Shown piece after piece: positions 22,961-38,800 of a stretch of DNA of 64,000 bases; positions within the stretch are counted from its first letter, which is position 1, and the number at the start of each line of letters is the position of its first letter. Below the pieces are notes generated by a model, which saw nothing but the letters and a program-made list of their open reading frames with translations, was not told the DNA's origin and made no database searches. Origin of the DNA: Eledone cirrhosa (taxonomy: Eukaryota); the NCBI GenBank assembly GCA_964016885.1, contig OZ024743.1, forward strand, positions 270,692,001 to 270,756,000. The letters are read 5' to 3'. The translations under genes and the position numbers were made by a program.

Positions 22961-23898
22961 GGTGAGAAAGCAACTATAGATGATTGACTCTCGTCTATGA
23001 TTAGATGGTAGTGAACCAAAGGTGGTGCTAAAACAAAACTAAAATTAATCAACCAATTATGGGGAAGAAGTCGTAACGGTCAAAAGAACGACTCAGAGCG
23101 AATCATTGTTTTTTACGATAAATTGGCTGAGCAAACAGCAGACCACAAGAACGATACCCTGAGGGAAGTTAACATACCGACATCGCTGACAGATCTTCAC
23201 ACCGAAATTTACAAATTAATTATAGGTTCTTGGCAGAAATAAAACAACAAAAACAAACAAGCAAACAAAAGAATAGAACATATAGCATTCGAAGATCTAA
23301 TTAAAGGCGTTCCGTCCTCTGACACGAATTCTTTAATTAAGATATTCTTTGTTGTGGTGATTAATTGTACGAAAATATAAGAGGGGTAGAAGATGAAGAT
23401 TGAAGAATCTAGAAAAATATAACTAAAACCATACCTAAAAACTCTGACTCTTCTTCTAATAAAAGTCCTGATTGGGGACTAAAAATCTAAAGGGTAATTG
23501 AAATGCTGAAATCAGAGTTGTCCATATTAAATGTTAGATGAAATTTCCCGAGGAAATACAGTAAACCCGGGGAAACAATGGCAGACCTTTCACCTACAGG
23601 AACAATTACGATTTCCGACAAATATTACAATAAATCAAAAAGAAAACCAATAAAATAAACATTTAAAGCAAATACAAGAAAAAATGTTCAATTATTTAGA
23701 TAGAAGAATATAGAGAATTTATGACATGGAATAGAAAATATACTAATGGAAAATCCGTCAATTTGTTTTAGTGTCTGGCATCGGGGTGTTTAGGGAGAAT
23801 ATAGAGTAATAAAATATTAAAGTCGTTCTTGTAAAACTGGTTAACAACTGATGAGTAGTGAGAATTATCTCAAGTAAAAACGGAATTATATATATATA

Positions 23899-24112
<214 letters not shown>

Positions 24113-24426
24113 GTATTAAATAAAGGTACCTATACTCTACTAACATATTAAGTACCATTTTAACTGTGGTCACCTCCCGATCCTCAACGAGAATCCATCC
24201 ATAATTAAATATATTTATCATATTATGTATATTTAACTTAAATCTGCTCCCAAACAAGCAAGTCAATCCGATCGATTGTTAAGTCTCTCATAGGGTTACT
24301 CCCTTGATAATGGAGTTTTAAACCCGAAAATATTTGGGATCGTTAAATTTGCTAAGGTAAGTTTTGTTATCTTGGCGATCTAATGTTCTCCATAACCCAT
24401 TGTTTAGCTTCCAAAATTTAAATTTG

Positions 24427-24466
<40 letters not shown>

Positions 24467-24566
24467 ATAATAATAAATTTATATATTTGTAGTAAGGTTG
24501 CTTGCATGCGTCCATAGGCGGTATGCCAGTTGAGCACTCTATGCTCTTTCGGAGCAGAGTATAATA

Positions 24567-26877
<2,311 letters not shown>

Positions 26878-28373
26878 CCTTCGACCGCCCCCCTCCCCCC
26901 ACACTTATCGCCCACTAACACCACTAACACACCCCTCCTTTTCACCGCCCACCCCACAACTAACAATACTAACACCTCCACTCCACCCCCCATCCGACCA
27001 CCCTTCCCCAACTAACATACTAACATCCCTCCCTTCTTCTCCTCCTCCCCCTCCTTATCACACGCACACACCCACCGGCACATATATACATACGCTCACA
27101 CTAAACACACACCCTACTACCACCACTAACCCTCACCCCCACACCTCTCACCCCCACACCTCCATCCCACCACCCCGCAACTAACCTCACTAACACCCCC
27201 TAACCCCAAGCACACGAACACACGCACCCACTTACACCACCCACCCCACACGCAACTAACATCACTAACACCCCCCAACCCCACGCACACGTACCCACAC
27301 ACCCTCGTACACCACCAACTCTACACACCCTACCACCACTAACCCCCACTCACACCTGCATTCAACCCTTCCCCACCTCCCGTATACTAACACCCACTAA
27401 CACCCCTTCATCAAACTACACACACACCAGTACACCACACTCCCTCCATAGAACTACACACACCCTTCTCTCCCCGCTCCACCCACACCCTCGCTCCACA
27501 CTCACTCATCCCACTAACACCTCTACTAATACACACACACACACACCCTCCTCACTCCAACTTTCACACCTACCCATCCTCGCCCCTTTACCATTCCACT
27601 GACTGCTGCTATGCCCTCTGACCCCCTCCCAGCACAAACAGACACACAGCACTCCCACTGCTTGACCACTTCCTGTTGCGTGCGCACCCCACATCTCTCC
27701 TCTTCCGACCATCTCTTCATGGAATACTCGTATGTGGAACTTGACCACCACAGAATCCACTAAACATCATAGGATTTTACCAACTTTTCAACCATCCTCT
27801 TACGGAATCACCTATATAACTCACCCACACACACACCCCCCAAAAAAATGTTTATCCACACGCCACCTACACCCACAACACGCTTAAACCCCACACACAC
27901 GTGCTTTCCACCACATATTTACACCCTCAGCCTCCTGATTCCTCTCCCCCCACCCCTCTATCCACACACGCACAGACACTCCGACCTACACCCCCCCCCA
28001 CACACACACACCTCTTCCTGAACATGCAACCCCGTTCTTCCCCCAACCCTTACTTTCACATACACACACACACACGTACACCTACACACACACACCACCT
28101 TCAGCCCTCCCCGCTCGGACACCCCGTCTCCCTCTCCCTACTCCACCCGCCACCACCCCTACACACCCCACACCCTTCCACCACCTGTTTTACCCCCCTT
28201 TTAATTTCAGTTTATTTTGATCATGCTTTTATATTTAATTTTATTTCATTCCTTGTATTTTGAGCATGCTTTATTTTTATTTTTATTTTTAATTTCATTC
28301 GCACCGTTTCCTTTCGCTATATGTCTCTCCACCACTCCCCTACACACCCTTTGAACTCTGTTCCCACACACTT

Positions 28374-28410
28374 CTCACCTGAGGAAGGGCTTATGCCAGA
28401 AACGTCGTTC
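28374..28410 (+). ncRNA. Minimal hammerhead at the PLE 3' end
   Basis: cac-CTGAGGA-a-gggc[ttat]gcca-GAAA-cg-TC-gt; stems are partly decayed. Confidence 0.7.
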
Positions 28411-28496
28411 CCCACCACCACCCCACTCTCCAGAGCGTGAAATGAATAAACATTCGTTGTACTGCCTCTCTGTGTTGTTCCTGTTCAAATTTTTCC

Positions 28497-28547
<51 letters not shown>

Positions 28548-28601
28548 GGAAAAAATGAAACGAAATTTCATTTCTCACTCTTAGTACGGCTGTTACTTAT
28601 A

Positions 28602-28826
28602 ATATAAGTATGTACACGTACATACATATATGTATACAGACGTACAGTAGTATATATATATATACATACATGCACACATATATATGTACGTATGGATTCA
28701 CCGAACATTTATTATAATGCTCGGTGAATCCATACGTACATATATATATGTGTGCATGTATGTATATATATATACATACTACTGTACGTCTGTATACATA
28801 TATGTATGTACGTGTACATACTTATA
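28602..28826. repeat. Inverted repeat with arms of about 105 bp
   Basis: ...TGTACGTATGGATTCACCGAACATT-tattat-AATGCTCGGTGAATCCATACGTACA...; the arms extend to TAAGTATGTACACG / CGTGTACATACTTA. Confidence 0.9.
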
Positions 28827-28840
28827 TATATATATCGACA

Positions 28841-29147
<307 letters not shown>

Positions 29148-29169
29148 TGAACACACAACACACACAGAG

Positions 29170-29430
29170 AAACGAAATGGCGTAGGACAGAACAAAGGAG
29201 AGGCACAGAAACAAAGAAAGGAATCCCCAGTCACTGAAGAGGTCACAGAGTGTGTGACGAAAGAACTATGACTATATATAAACAACTATCTGGTTGTGGA
29301 ACCAACCAACGAACCAGAAATTTATAGATTTATAAATTTGTAAATTTATAAATATATAATAAATTGAAGTGAAAGCAACTGGTGCGTGTGTTTCTTATTG
29401 GCAACATGACCCTCCCAAAGTATAACACAC
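29170..29430 (+). mobile_element. Short hammerhead-bearing PLE-type element (uninterrupted paralog of 1290-2320)
   Basis: Similar to both Helitron flanks and located between (TA)n tracts. Confidence 0.7.
29229..29273 (+). ncRNA. Type I hammerhead ribozyme with intact core
   Basis: agtca-CTGAAGA-g-gtcac[agagtgt]gtgac-GAAA-gaac-TA-tgact. Confidence 0.8.
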
Positions 29431-29809
29431 GATTTCAGTTAAAGATTCTTGCTAAACAAATTCAGAAACGAAATATATATATATATATATATATATACAT
29501 ACATAAATTATCGACATTCGCATTTCGACCCACGAAATAACGAAAAACAACCTCCGAGATGTGCGGCAAGTGCTCAATGATTCAGATGAACCAGAGCTAT
29601 AACAAACGTTAAAGGCCAAACACACTGAGACGATGCTTAAACAATCATTCGTATAGGCAAAAAAATGTTCAAGTAATTCGGGTATTGAAAATTTACCCCG
29701 ACCCCTGGAAGGTTGGTAAAATCCAGTATGTGGGTTTCTGCGGCTCCTAAATCAAGTACCATCCGCTTACATAAAAAATGTCAGGCTTCAGGTAAGATGA
29801 TTGAACAAG

Positions 29810-32800
29810 GATATACCGCCAGAGTGATATACCGCCAGAGTGATATACCGCCAGAGTGATATACCGCCAGAGTGATATACCGCCAGAGTGATATACGGCC
29901 AGAGTGATATACAGCCAGAGTGATATACAGCCAGAGTGATATACAGCCAGAGTGATATACCGCCAGAGTGATATACAGCCAGAGTGATATACCGCCAGAG
30001 TGATATACAGCCAGAGTGATATACGGCCAGAGTGATATGCAGCCAGAGTGATATACCGCCAGAGTGATATACAGCCAGAGTGATATACCGCCAGTGTGAT
30101 ATACCGCCAGAGTGATATACGGCCAGAGTGATATACAGCCAGAGTGATATACAGCCAGAGTGATATACAGCCAGAGTGATATACGGCCAGAGTGATATAC
30201 GGCCAGAGTGATATACAGCCAGAGTGATATGCAGCCAGAGTGATATACCGCCAGAGTGACATACACCCAGAGTGATATACAGCCAGAGTGATATACCGCT
30301 AGAGTGATATACCGCCAGAGTGATGTACAGCCAGAGTGATATACAGCCAGAGTGATATACGGCCAGAGTGATATGCAGCCAGAGTGATATACCGCCAGAG
30401 TGATATACAGCCAGAGTGATATACCGCCAGTGTGATATACCGCCAGAGTGATATACCGCCAGTGTGATATACCGCCAGAGTGATATACAACCAGAGTGAT
30501 ATACAGCCAGAGTGATATACCGCTAGAGTGATATACCGCCAGAGTGATATACAGCCAGAGTGATGTACCGCCAGAGTGATATACGGCCAGAGTGATATAC
30601 AGCCAGAGTGATATACAGCCAGAGTGATATACGGCCAGAGTGATATACAGCCAGAGTGATATACAGCCAGAGTGATATACCGCCAGAGTGATATACAGCC
30701 AGAGTGATATACCGCCAGTGTGATATACCGCCAGAGTGATATACCGCCAGTGTGATATACAGCCAGAGTGATATACCGCCAGAGTGATATACAGCCAGAG
30801 TGATATACCGCCAGAGTGATATACAGGCAGAGTTATATACCGCCAGAGTGATATACCGACAGAGTGATATACCGCCAGAGTAATATGCCGCCAGAGTGAT
30901 ATACAGCCAGAGTGATATACCGCTAGAGTGATATACCGCCAGAGTAATATACCGCCAGAGTGATATACCGCCTCAGTTATATACCGCTAGTGTGATATAC
31001 CGCCAGAGTGATAGACCGCCAGAGTAATATACCGCCAGAGTGATATACAGCCAGAGTGATATACGGCCAGAGTGATGTACCGCCAGAGTGATATACGGCC
31101 AGAGTAATATACCGCCAGAGTGATATACAGCCAGAGTTACATACAGCCAGAGTGATATACCGCCAGAGTGATATACCGCCAGAGTGATGTAACGCCAGAG
31201 TGATATACCGCCAGAGTGATAGACCGCCAGAGTAATATACCGCCAGAGTGATATACCGCCGGAGTAATATACCGCCAGAGTGATATACCGCTAGAGTAAT
31301 ATACAGCCAGAGTGATATACCGCCAGAGTGATAAACCGCCAGAGTGATATACCGCCAGAGTGATATAGCGCCAGAGTGATGTACCGCCAGAGTGATATAC
31401 GGCCAGAGTGATATACAGCCAGAGTGATATACAACCAGAGTGATATAGAGCCAGAGTGATATACCGCCAGAGTGATATACAGCCAGAGTGATATACCGCC
31501 AGAGTGATATACCGCCAGAGTGATATACAGCCAGAGTGATATACAGCCAGAATGATATACCGCCAGAGTGATATACAGCCAGAGTGATATACAGCCAGAG
31601 TGATATACCGCCAGAGTGATATACAGCCAGAGTGATATACAGCCAGAGTGATATACCGCTAGAGTGATATACCGCCAGAGTGATATACAGCCAGAGTGAT
31701 ATACGGCCAGAGTGATATAGCGCCAGAGTGATGTACCGCCAGAGTGATATACGGCCAGAGTGATATACCGCCAGAGTGATATACAGCCAGAGGGATATTT
31801 CGCCAGAGTGATATACCGCCAGAGTGATATTTCGCCAGAGTGATATACCGCCAGAGTGATATACCGCCAGAGTGATATACCGCCAGAGTGATATACAGCC
31901 AGAGTGATATATAGCCAGAGTGATATACAGCCAGAGTGATATAGAGCCAGAGTGATATACCGCCAGAGTGATATACAGCCAGAGTGATATACCGCCAGAG
32001 TGATATACCGCCAGAGTGATATACCGCCAGAGTGATATACAGCCAGAGTGATATACAGCCAGAGTGATATACCGCCAGAGTGATATACAGCCAGAGTGAT
32101 ATACAGCCAGAGTGATATACCGCCAGAGTGATATACAGCCAGAGTGATATACAGCCAGAGTGATATACCGCTAGAGTGATATACCGCCAGAGTGATATAC
32201 AGCCAGAGTGATATACCGCCAGAGTGATATACAGCCAGAGTGATATATAGCCAGAGTGATATACGGCCAGAGTGATATACAGCCAGAGTGATATACAGCC
32301 AGAGTGATATACCGCCAGAGTGATATACAGGTAGAGTGATATACCGCCAGTGTGATATACCGCCAGAGTGATATACCACCAGTGTGATATACCGCCAGAG
32401 TGATATACCGACAGAGTGATATACCGCCAGAGTAATATACCGCCAGAGTGATATACAGCCAGAGTGATATACCGCTAGAGTGATATACCGCCAGAGTGAT
32501 ATACCGCCAGAGTGATATACCGCCAGAGTGATATACAGCCAGAGTGATATACAGCCAGAGTGATATACAGCCAGAGTGATATACCGCCAGAGTGATATAC
32601 AGCCAGAGTGATATACAGTCAGAGTGATATACCGCCAGAGTGATATACACCCAGAGTGATATACAGCCAGAGTGATATACAGCCAGAGTGATATAGGGCC
32701 AGAGTGATATACCGCTAGAGTGATATACCGCCAGAGTGATATACCGCCAGAGTAATATACAGCCAGAGTGATATACAGCCAGAGTGATATACCGCCAGAG

Positions 32801-35800
32801 TGATATACAGCCAGAGTGATATACCGCCAGTGTGATATACCGCCAGAGTGATATACAGCCAGAGTGATATACAGCCAGAGTGATATACCACCAGAGTGAT
32901 ATACCGCCAGAGTGATATACCGCCAGAGTGATATACAGCCAGAGTGATATACAGCCAGAGTGATATACCGCTAGAGTGATATACCGCCAGAGTGATATAC
33001 CGCCAGAATAATATACAGCCAGAGTGATATACAGCCAGAGTGATATACGGCCAGAGTGATATACCGCCGGAGTAATATACCGCCAGAGTGATATACCGCC
33101 AGAGTAATATACAGCCAGAGTGATATACCGCCAGAGTGACATACCGCCAGAGTGATATTTCGCCAGAGTGATATACCGCCAGAGTGATATACCGCCAGAG
33201 TGATATACCGCCAGAGTGATATACAGCCAGAGTGATATATAGCCAGAGTGATATACAGCCAGAGTGATATAGAGCCAGAGTGATATACCGCCAGAGTGAT
33301 ATACAGCCAGAGTGATATACCGCCAGAGTGATATACCGCCAGAGTGATATACCGCCAGAGTGATATACAGCCAGAGTGATATACAGCCAGAGTGATATAC
33401 AGCCAGAGTGATATACCGCCAGAGTGATATACAGCCAGAGTGATATACAGCCAGAGTGATATACCGCCAGAGTGATATACAGCCAGAGTGATATACAGCC
33501 AGAGTGATATACCGCTAGAGTGATATACCGCCAGAGTGATATACAGCCAGAGTGATATACCGCCAGAGTGATATACAGCCAGAGTGATATACAGCCAGAG
33601 TGATATACGGCCAGAGTGATATACAGCCAGAGTGATATACAGCCAGAGTGATATACCGCCAGAGTGATATACAGGCAGAGTGATATACCGCCAGTGTGAT
33701 ATACCGCCAGAGTGATATACCACCAGTGTGATATACCGCCAGAGTGATATACCGACAGAGTGATATACCGCCAGAGTAATATACCGCCAGAGTGATATAC
33801 AGCCAGAGTGATATACAGCCAGAGTGATATACCGCCAGAGTGATATACAGCCAGAGTGATATACAGCCAGAGTGATATACCGCCAGAGTGATATACCGCC
33901 AGAGTGATATACCGCCAGAGTGATATACAGCCAGAGTGATATACAGCCAGAGTGATATACCGCTAGAGTGATATACCGCCAGAGTGATATACCGCCAGAG
34001 TAATATACAGCCAGAGTGATATACAGCCAGAGTGATATACGGCCAGAGTGATATACGGCCAGAGTGATATACAGCCAGAGTGATATACAGCCAGAGTGAT
34101 ATACCGCTAGAGTGATATACCGCCAGAGTGATATACAGCCAGAGTGATATACAGCCAGAGTGATATACGGCCAGAGTGATATACAGCCAGAGTGATATAC
34201 AGCCAGAGTGATATACCGCCAGAGTGATATACAGCCAGAGAGATATACCGCCAGTGTGATATACCGCCAGAGTGATATACCGCCAGTGTGATATACCGCC
34301 AGAGTGATATACCGACAGAGTGATATACCGCCAGAGTAATATACCGCCAGAGTGATATACCGCCAGAGTGATATACCGCCAGAGTGATATACGGCCAGAG
34401 TGATATACAGCCAGATTGATATACCGCCAGAGTGATATAACGCCAGAGTGATATACCGCCAGAGTGATAGACCGCCAGAGTAATATACCGCCAGAGTGAT
34501 ATACCGCCAGAGTGATGTACCGCCAGAGTGATATACGGCCAGAGTGATATACAGCCAGAGTGATATACCGCCTGAGTGATATACAGCCAGAGTGATATAC
34601 AGCCAGAGTGATATACCACCAGAGTGATATACCGCCAGAGTGATATACAGCCAGAGTGATATACCGCCAGAGTGATATACCGCCAGAGTGATATACAGCC
34701 AGTGTGCTATACCGCCAGAGTGGTATACCGCCAGAGTGATATACAGCCAGAGTGATATAGAGCCAGAGTGATATACAGCCAGAGTGATATACAGCCAATG
34801 TGATATACCGCCAGAGTGATATACCGCCAGAGTGATATACAGCCAGAGTGATATACAGCCAGAGTGATATACCGTCAGAGTGATATACCTCCAGTGTGAT
34901 ATACCGCCAGAGTGATATACCGCCAGAGTGATATACAGCCAGAGTGATATACCGGCAGAGTGATATACCGCCAGAGTGATATTTCGCGAGAGTGATATAC
35001 CGCCAGAGTGATATACCGCCAGAGTGATATACAGCCAGAGTGATATACATATACAGCCAGAGTGATATACGGCCAGAGTGATATACAGCCAGAGTGATAT
35101 ACAGCCAGAGTGATATACCGCCAGAGTGATATACAGCCAGAGTGATATACCGCCAGTGTGATATACCGCCAGAGTGATATACCGCCAGTGTGATATACCG
35201 CCAGAGTGATATACCGACAGAGTGATATACCGCCAGAGTAATATACCGCCAGAGTGATATACAGCCAGAGTGATATACCGCTAGAGTGATATACCGCCAG
35301 AGTGATATACAGCCAGAGTGATATACGGCCAGAGTAATATAGCGCCAGAGTGATATACCGCCAGAGTGATATACCGCCAGAGTGATATACCGCCAGAGTG
35401 ATATACAGCTAGAGTGATATACAGCCAGATTGATATACCGCCAGAGTGATATACCGCCAGAGTGATATACCGCCAGAGTGATATATGGCCAGAGTAATAT
35501 ACCGCCAGAGTGATATACCGACAGAGTGATATACCGCCAGAGTAATATACCGCCAGAGTGATATACAGCCAGAGTGATATACAGCCAGAGTGATATACCG
35601 CCAGAGTGATATACAGCCACAGTGATATACCGCCAGTGTGATATACCGCCAGAGTGATATACAGCCAGAGTGATATACAGCCAGAGTGATATACCGCCAG
35701 AGTGATATACCGCCAGAGTGATATACCGCCAGAGTGATATACAGCCAGAGTGATATACAGCCAGAGTGATATACCGCTAGAGTGATATACCGCCAGAGTG

Positions 35801-38800
35801 ATATACCGCCAGAGTAATATACAGCCAGAGTGATATACAGCCAGAGTGATATACGGCCTGAGTGATATACGGCCAGAGTGATATACAGCCAGAGTGATAT
35901 ACAGCCAGAGTGATATACCGCTAGAGTGATATACAGCCAGAGTGATATACGGCCAGAGTGATATACAGCCAGAGTGATATACAGCCAGAGTGATATACCG
36001 CCAGAGTGATATACAGCCAGAGAGATATACCGCCAGTGTGATATACCGCCAGAGTGATATACCGCCAGTGTGATATACCGCCAGAGTGATATACCGACAG
36101 AGTGATATACCGCCAGAGTAATATACCGCCAGAGTGATATACCGCCAGAGTGATATACCGCCAGAGTGATATAACGCCAGAGTGATATACCGCCAGAGTG
36201 ATAGACCGCCAGAGTAATATACCGCCAGAGTGATATACCGCCAGAGTGATGTACCGCCAGAGTGATATACGGCCAGAGTGATATACAGCCTGAGTGATAT
36301 ACAGCCAGAGTGATATACCGCCAGAGTGATATACCGCCAGAGTGATATACCGCCTGAGCGATATACCGCCAGAGTGATATACAGCCAGAGTGATATAGAG
36401 CCAGAGTGATATACAGCCAGAGTGATATACAGCCAATGTGATATACCGCCAGAGTGATATACCGCCAGAGTGATATACCGCCAGAGTGATATACAGCCAG
36501 AGTGATATACCGTCAGAGTGATATACCGCCAGTGTGATATACCGCCAGAGTGGTATACCGCCAGAGTGATATACAGCCAGAGTGATATAGAGCCAGAGTG
36601 ATATACAGCCAGAGTGATATACAGCCAATGTGATATACCGCCAGAGTGATATACCGCCAGAGTGATATACCGCCAGAGTGATATACAGCCAGAGTGATAT
36701 ACCGTCAGAGTGATATACCGCCAGTGTGATATACCGCCAGAGTGATATACCGCCAGAGTGATATACAGCCAGAGTGATATACCGCCAGAGTGATATACCG
36801 CCAGAGTGATATTTCGCCAGAGTGATATACCGCCAGAGTGATATACCGCCAGAGTGATATACAGCCAGAGTGATATACATATACAGCCAGAGTGATATAC
36901 GGCCAGAGTGATTTACAGCCAGAGTGATATACAGCCAGAGTGATATACCGACAGAGTGATATACAGCCAGAGTGATATACCGCCAGTGTGATATACCGCC
37001 AGAGTGATATACCGCCAGTGTGATATACCGCCAGAGTGATATACCGACAGAGTGATATACCGCCAGAGTAATATACCGCCAGAGTGATATACAGCCAGAG
37101 TGATATACCGCTAGAGTGATATACCGCCAGAGTGATATACAGCCAGAGTGATATACGGCCAGAGTGATATACCGCCAGAGTGATATACCGCCAGAATGAT
37201 ATACCGCCAGAGTGATATACCTCCAGAGTGATATACAGCTAGAGCGATATACAGCCAGATTGATATACCGCCAGAGTGATATACCGCCAGAGTGATATAC
37301 CGCCAGAGTGATATATGGCCAGAGTAATATACCGCCAGAGTGATATACCGACAGAGTGATATACCGCCAGAGTAATATACCGCCAGAGTGATATACAGCC
37401 AGAGTGATATACGGCCAGAGTGATATACCGCCAGAATGATATACCGCCAGAGTGATATACCGCCTGAGTGATATACAGCCAGAGTGATATACAGCCAGAA
37501 TGATATACCGCCAGAGTGATATACCGCCAGAGTGATATACAGCCAGAGTGATATACCGCCAGAGTGATATACCGCCAGAGTGATATACAGCCAGTGTGAT
37601 ATACCGCCAGAGTGGTATACCGCCAGAGTGATATACAGCCAGAGTGATATACAGCCAGAGTGATATACAGCCAGAGTGATATACAGCCAATGTGATATAC
37701 CGCCAGAGTGATAAACCGCCAGAGTGATATACCGCCGGAGTGATATACAGCCAGAGTGATATACCGTCAGAGTGATATACCGCCAGTGTGATATACCGCC
37801 AGAGTGATATACCGCCAGAGTGATATACAGCCAGAGTGATATACCGCCAGAGTGATATACCGCCAGAGTGATATTTCGCCAGAGTGATATACCGCCAGAG
37901 TGATATACCGCCAGAGTGATATACCGCCAGAGTGATATACAGCCAGAGTGATATACAGCCAGAGTGATATACGGCCAGAGTGATATACAGCCAGAGTGAT
38001 ATACAGCCAGAGTGATATACCGCCAGAGTGATATACAGCCAGAGTGATATACCGCCACTGTGATATACCGCCAGAGTGATATACCGCCAGTGTGATATAC
38101 CGCCAGAGTGATATACCGACAGAGTGATATACGGCCAGAGTAATATACCACCAGAGTGATATACAGCCTGAGTGATATACCGCTAGAGTGATATACCGCC
38201 AGAGTGATATACAGCCAGAGTGATATACGGCCAGAGTGATATACCGCCAGAGTGATATACCGCCAGAGTGATATACCGCCAGAGTGATATACCGCCAGAG
38301 TGATATACAGCCAGAGTGATATACAGCCAGATTGATATACCGCCAGAGTGATATACCGCCAGAGTGATATACCGCCAGAGTGATATACCGCCAGAGTGAT
38401 ATACCGACAGAGTGATATACCGCCAGAGTAATATACCGCCAGAGTGATATACAGCCAGAGTGATATACGGCCAGAGTGATATACCGCTAGAGTGATATAC
38501 CGCCAGACTGATATACAGCCAGAGTGATATACCGCCAGAGTGATATACCGCCAGAGTGATATCCGCCAGAGTGATATACCGCCAGAGTGATATACCGCCA
38601 GAGTGATATACCGCTAGAGTGATATACCGCCAGAGTAATATACAGCCAGAGTGATATACAGCCAGAGTGATATACGGCCTGAGTGATATACGGCCAGAGT
38701 GATATACAGCCAGAGTGATATACAGCCAGAGTGATATACCGCCAGAGTGATATACAGCTAGAGTGATATACAGCCAGATTGATATACCGCCAGAGTGATA

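Noticed and set aside
22960-23885. A-rich stretch that may be a decayed PLE segment ending in a broken hammerhead (CTGATGA at 23848)
   Set aside because: I could read no convincing protein motif and the GAAA box is mutated, so it is counted only as a decayed motif and not annotated as a feature.
29810-29850. Resemblance of the satellite unit to phage lambda operators (TATCACCGCCAGAGGTA)
   Set aside because: The match is short and gapped, there is no other phage sequence, and coincidence is the simplest explanation.
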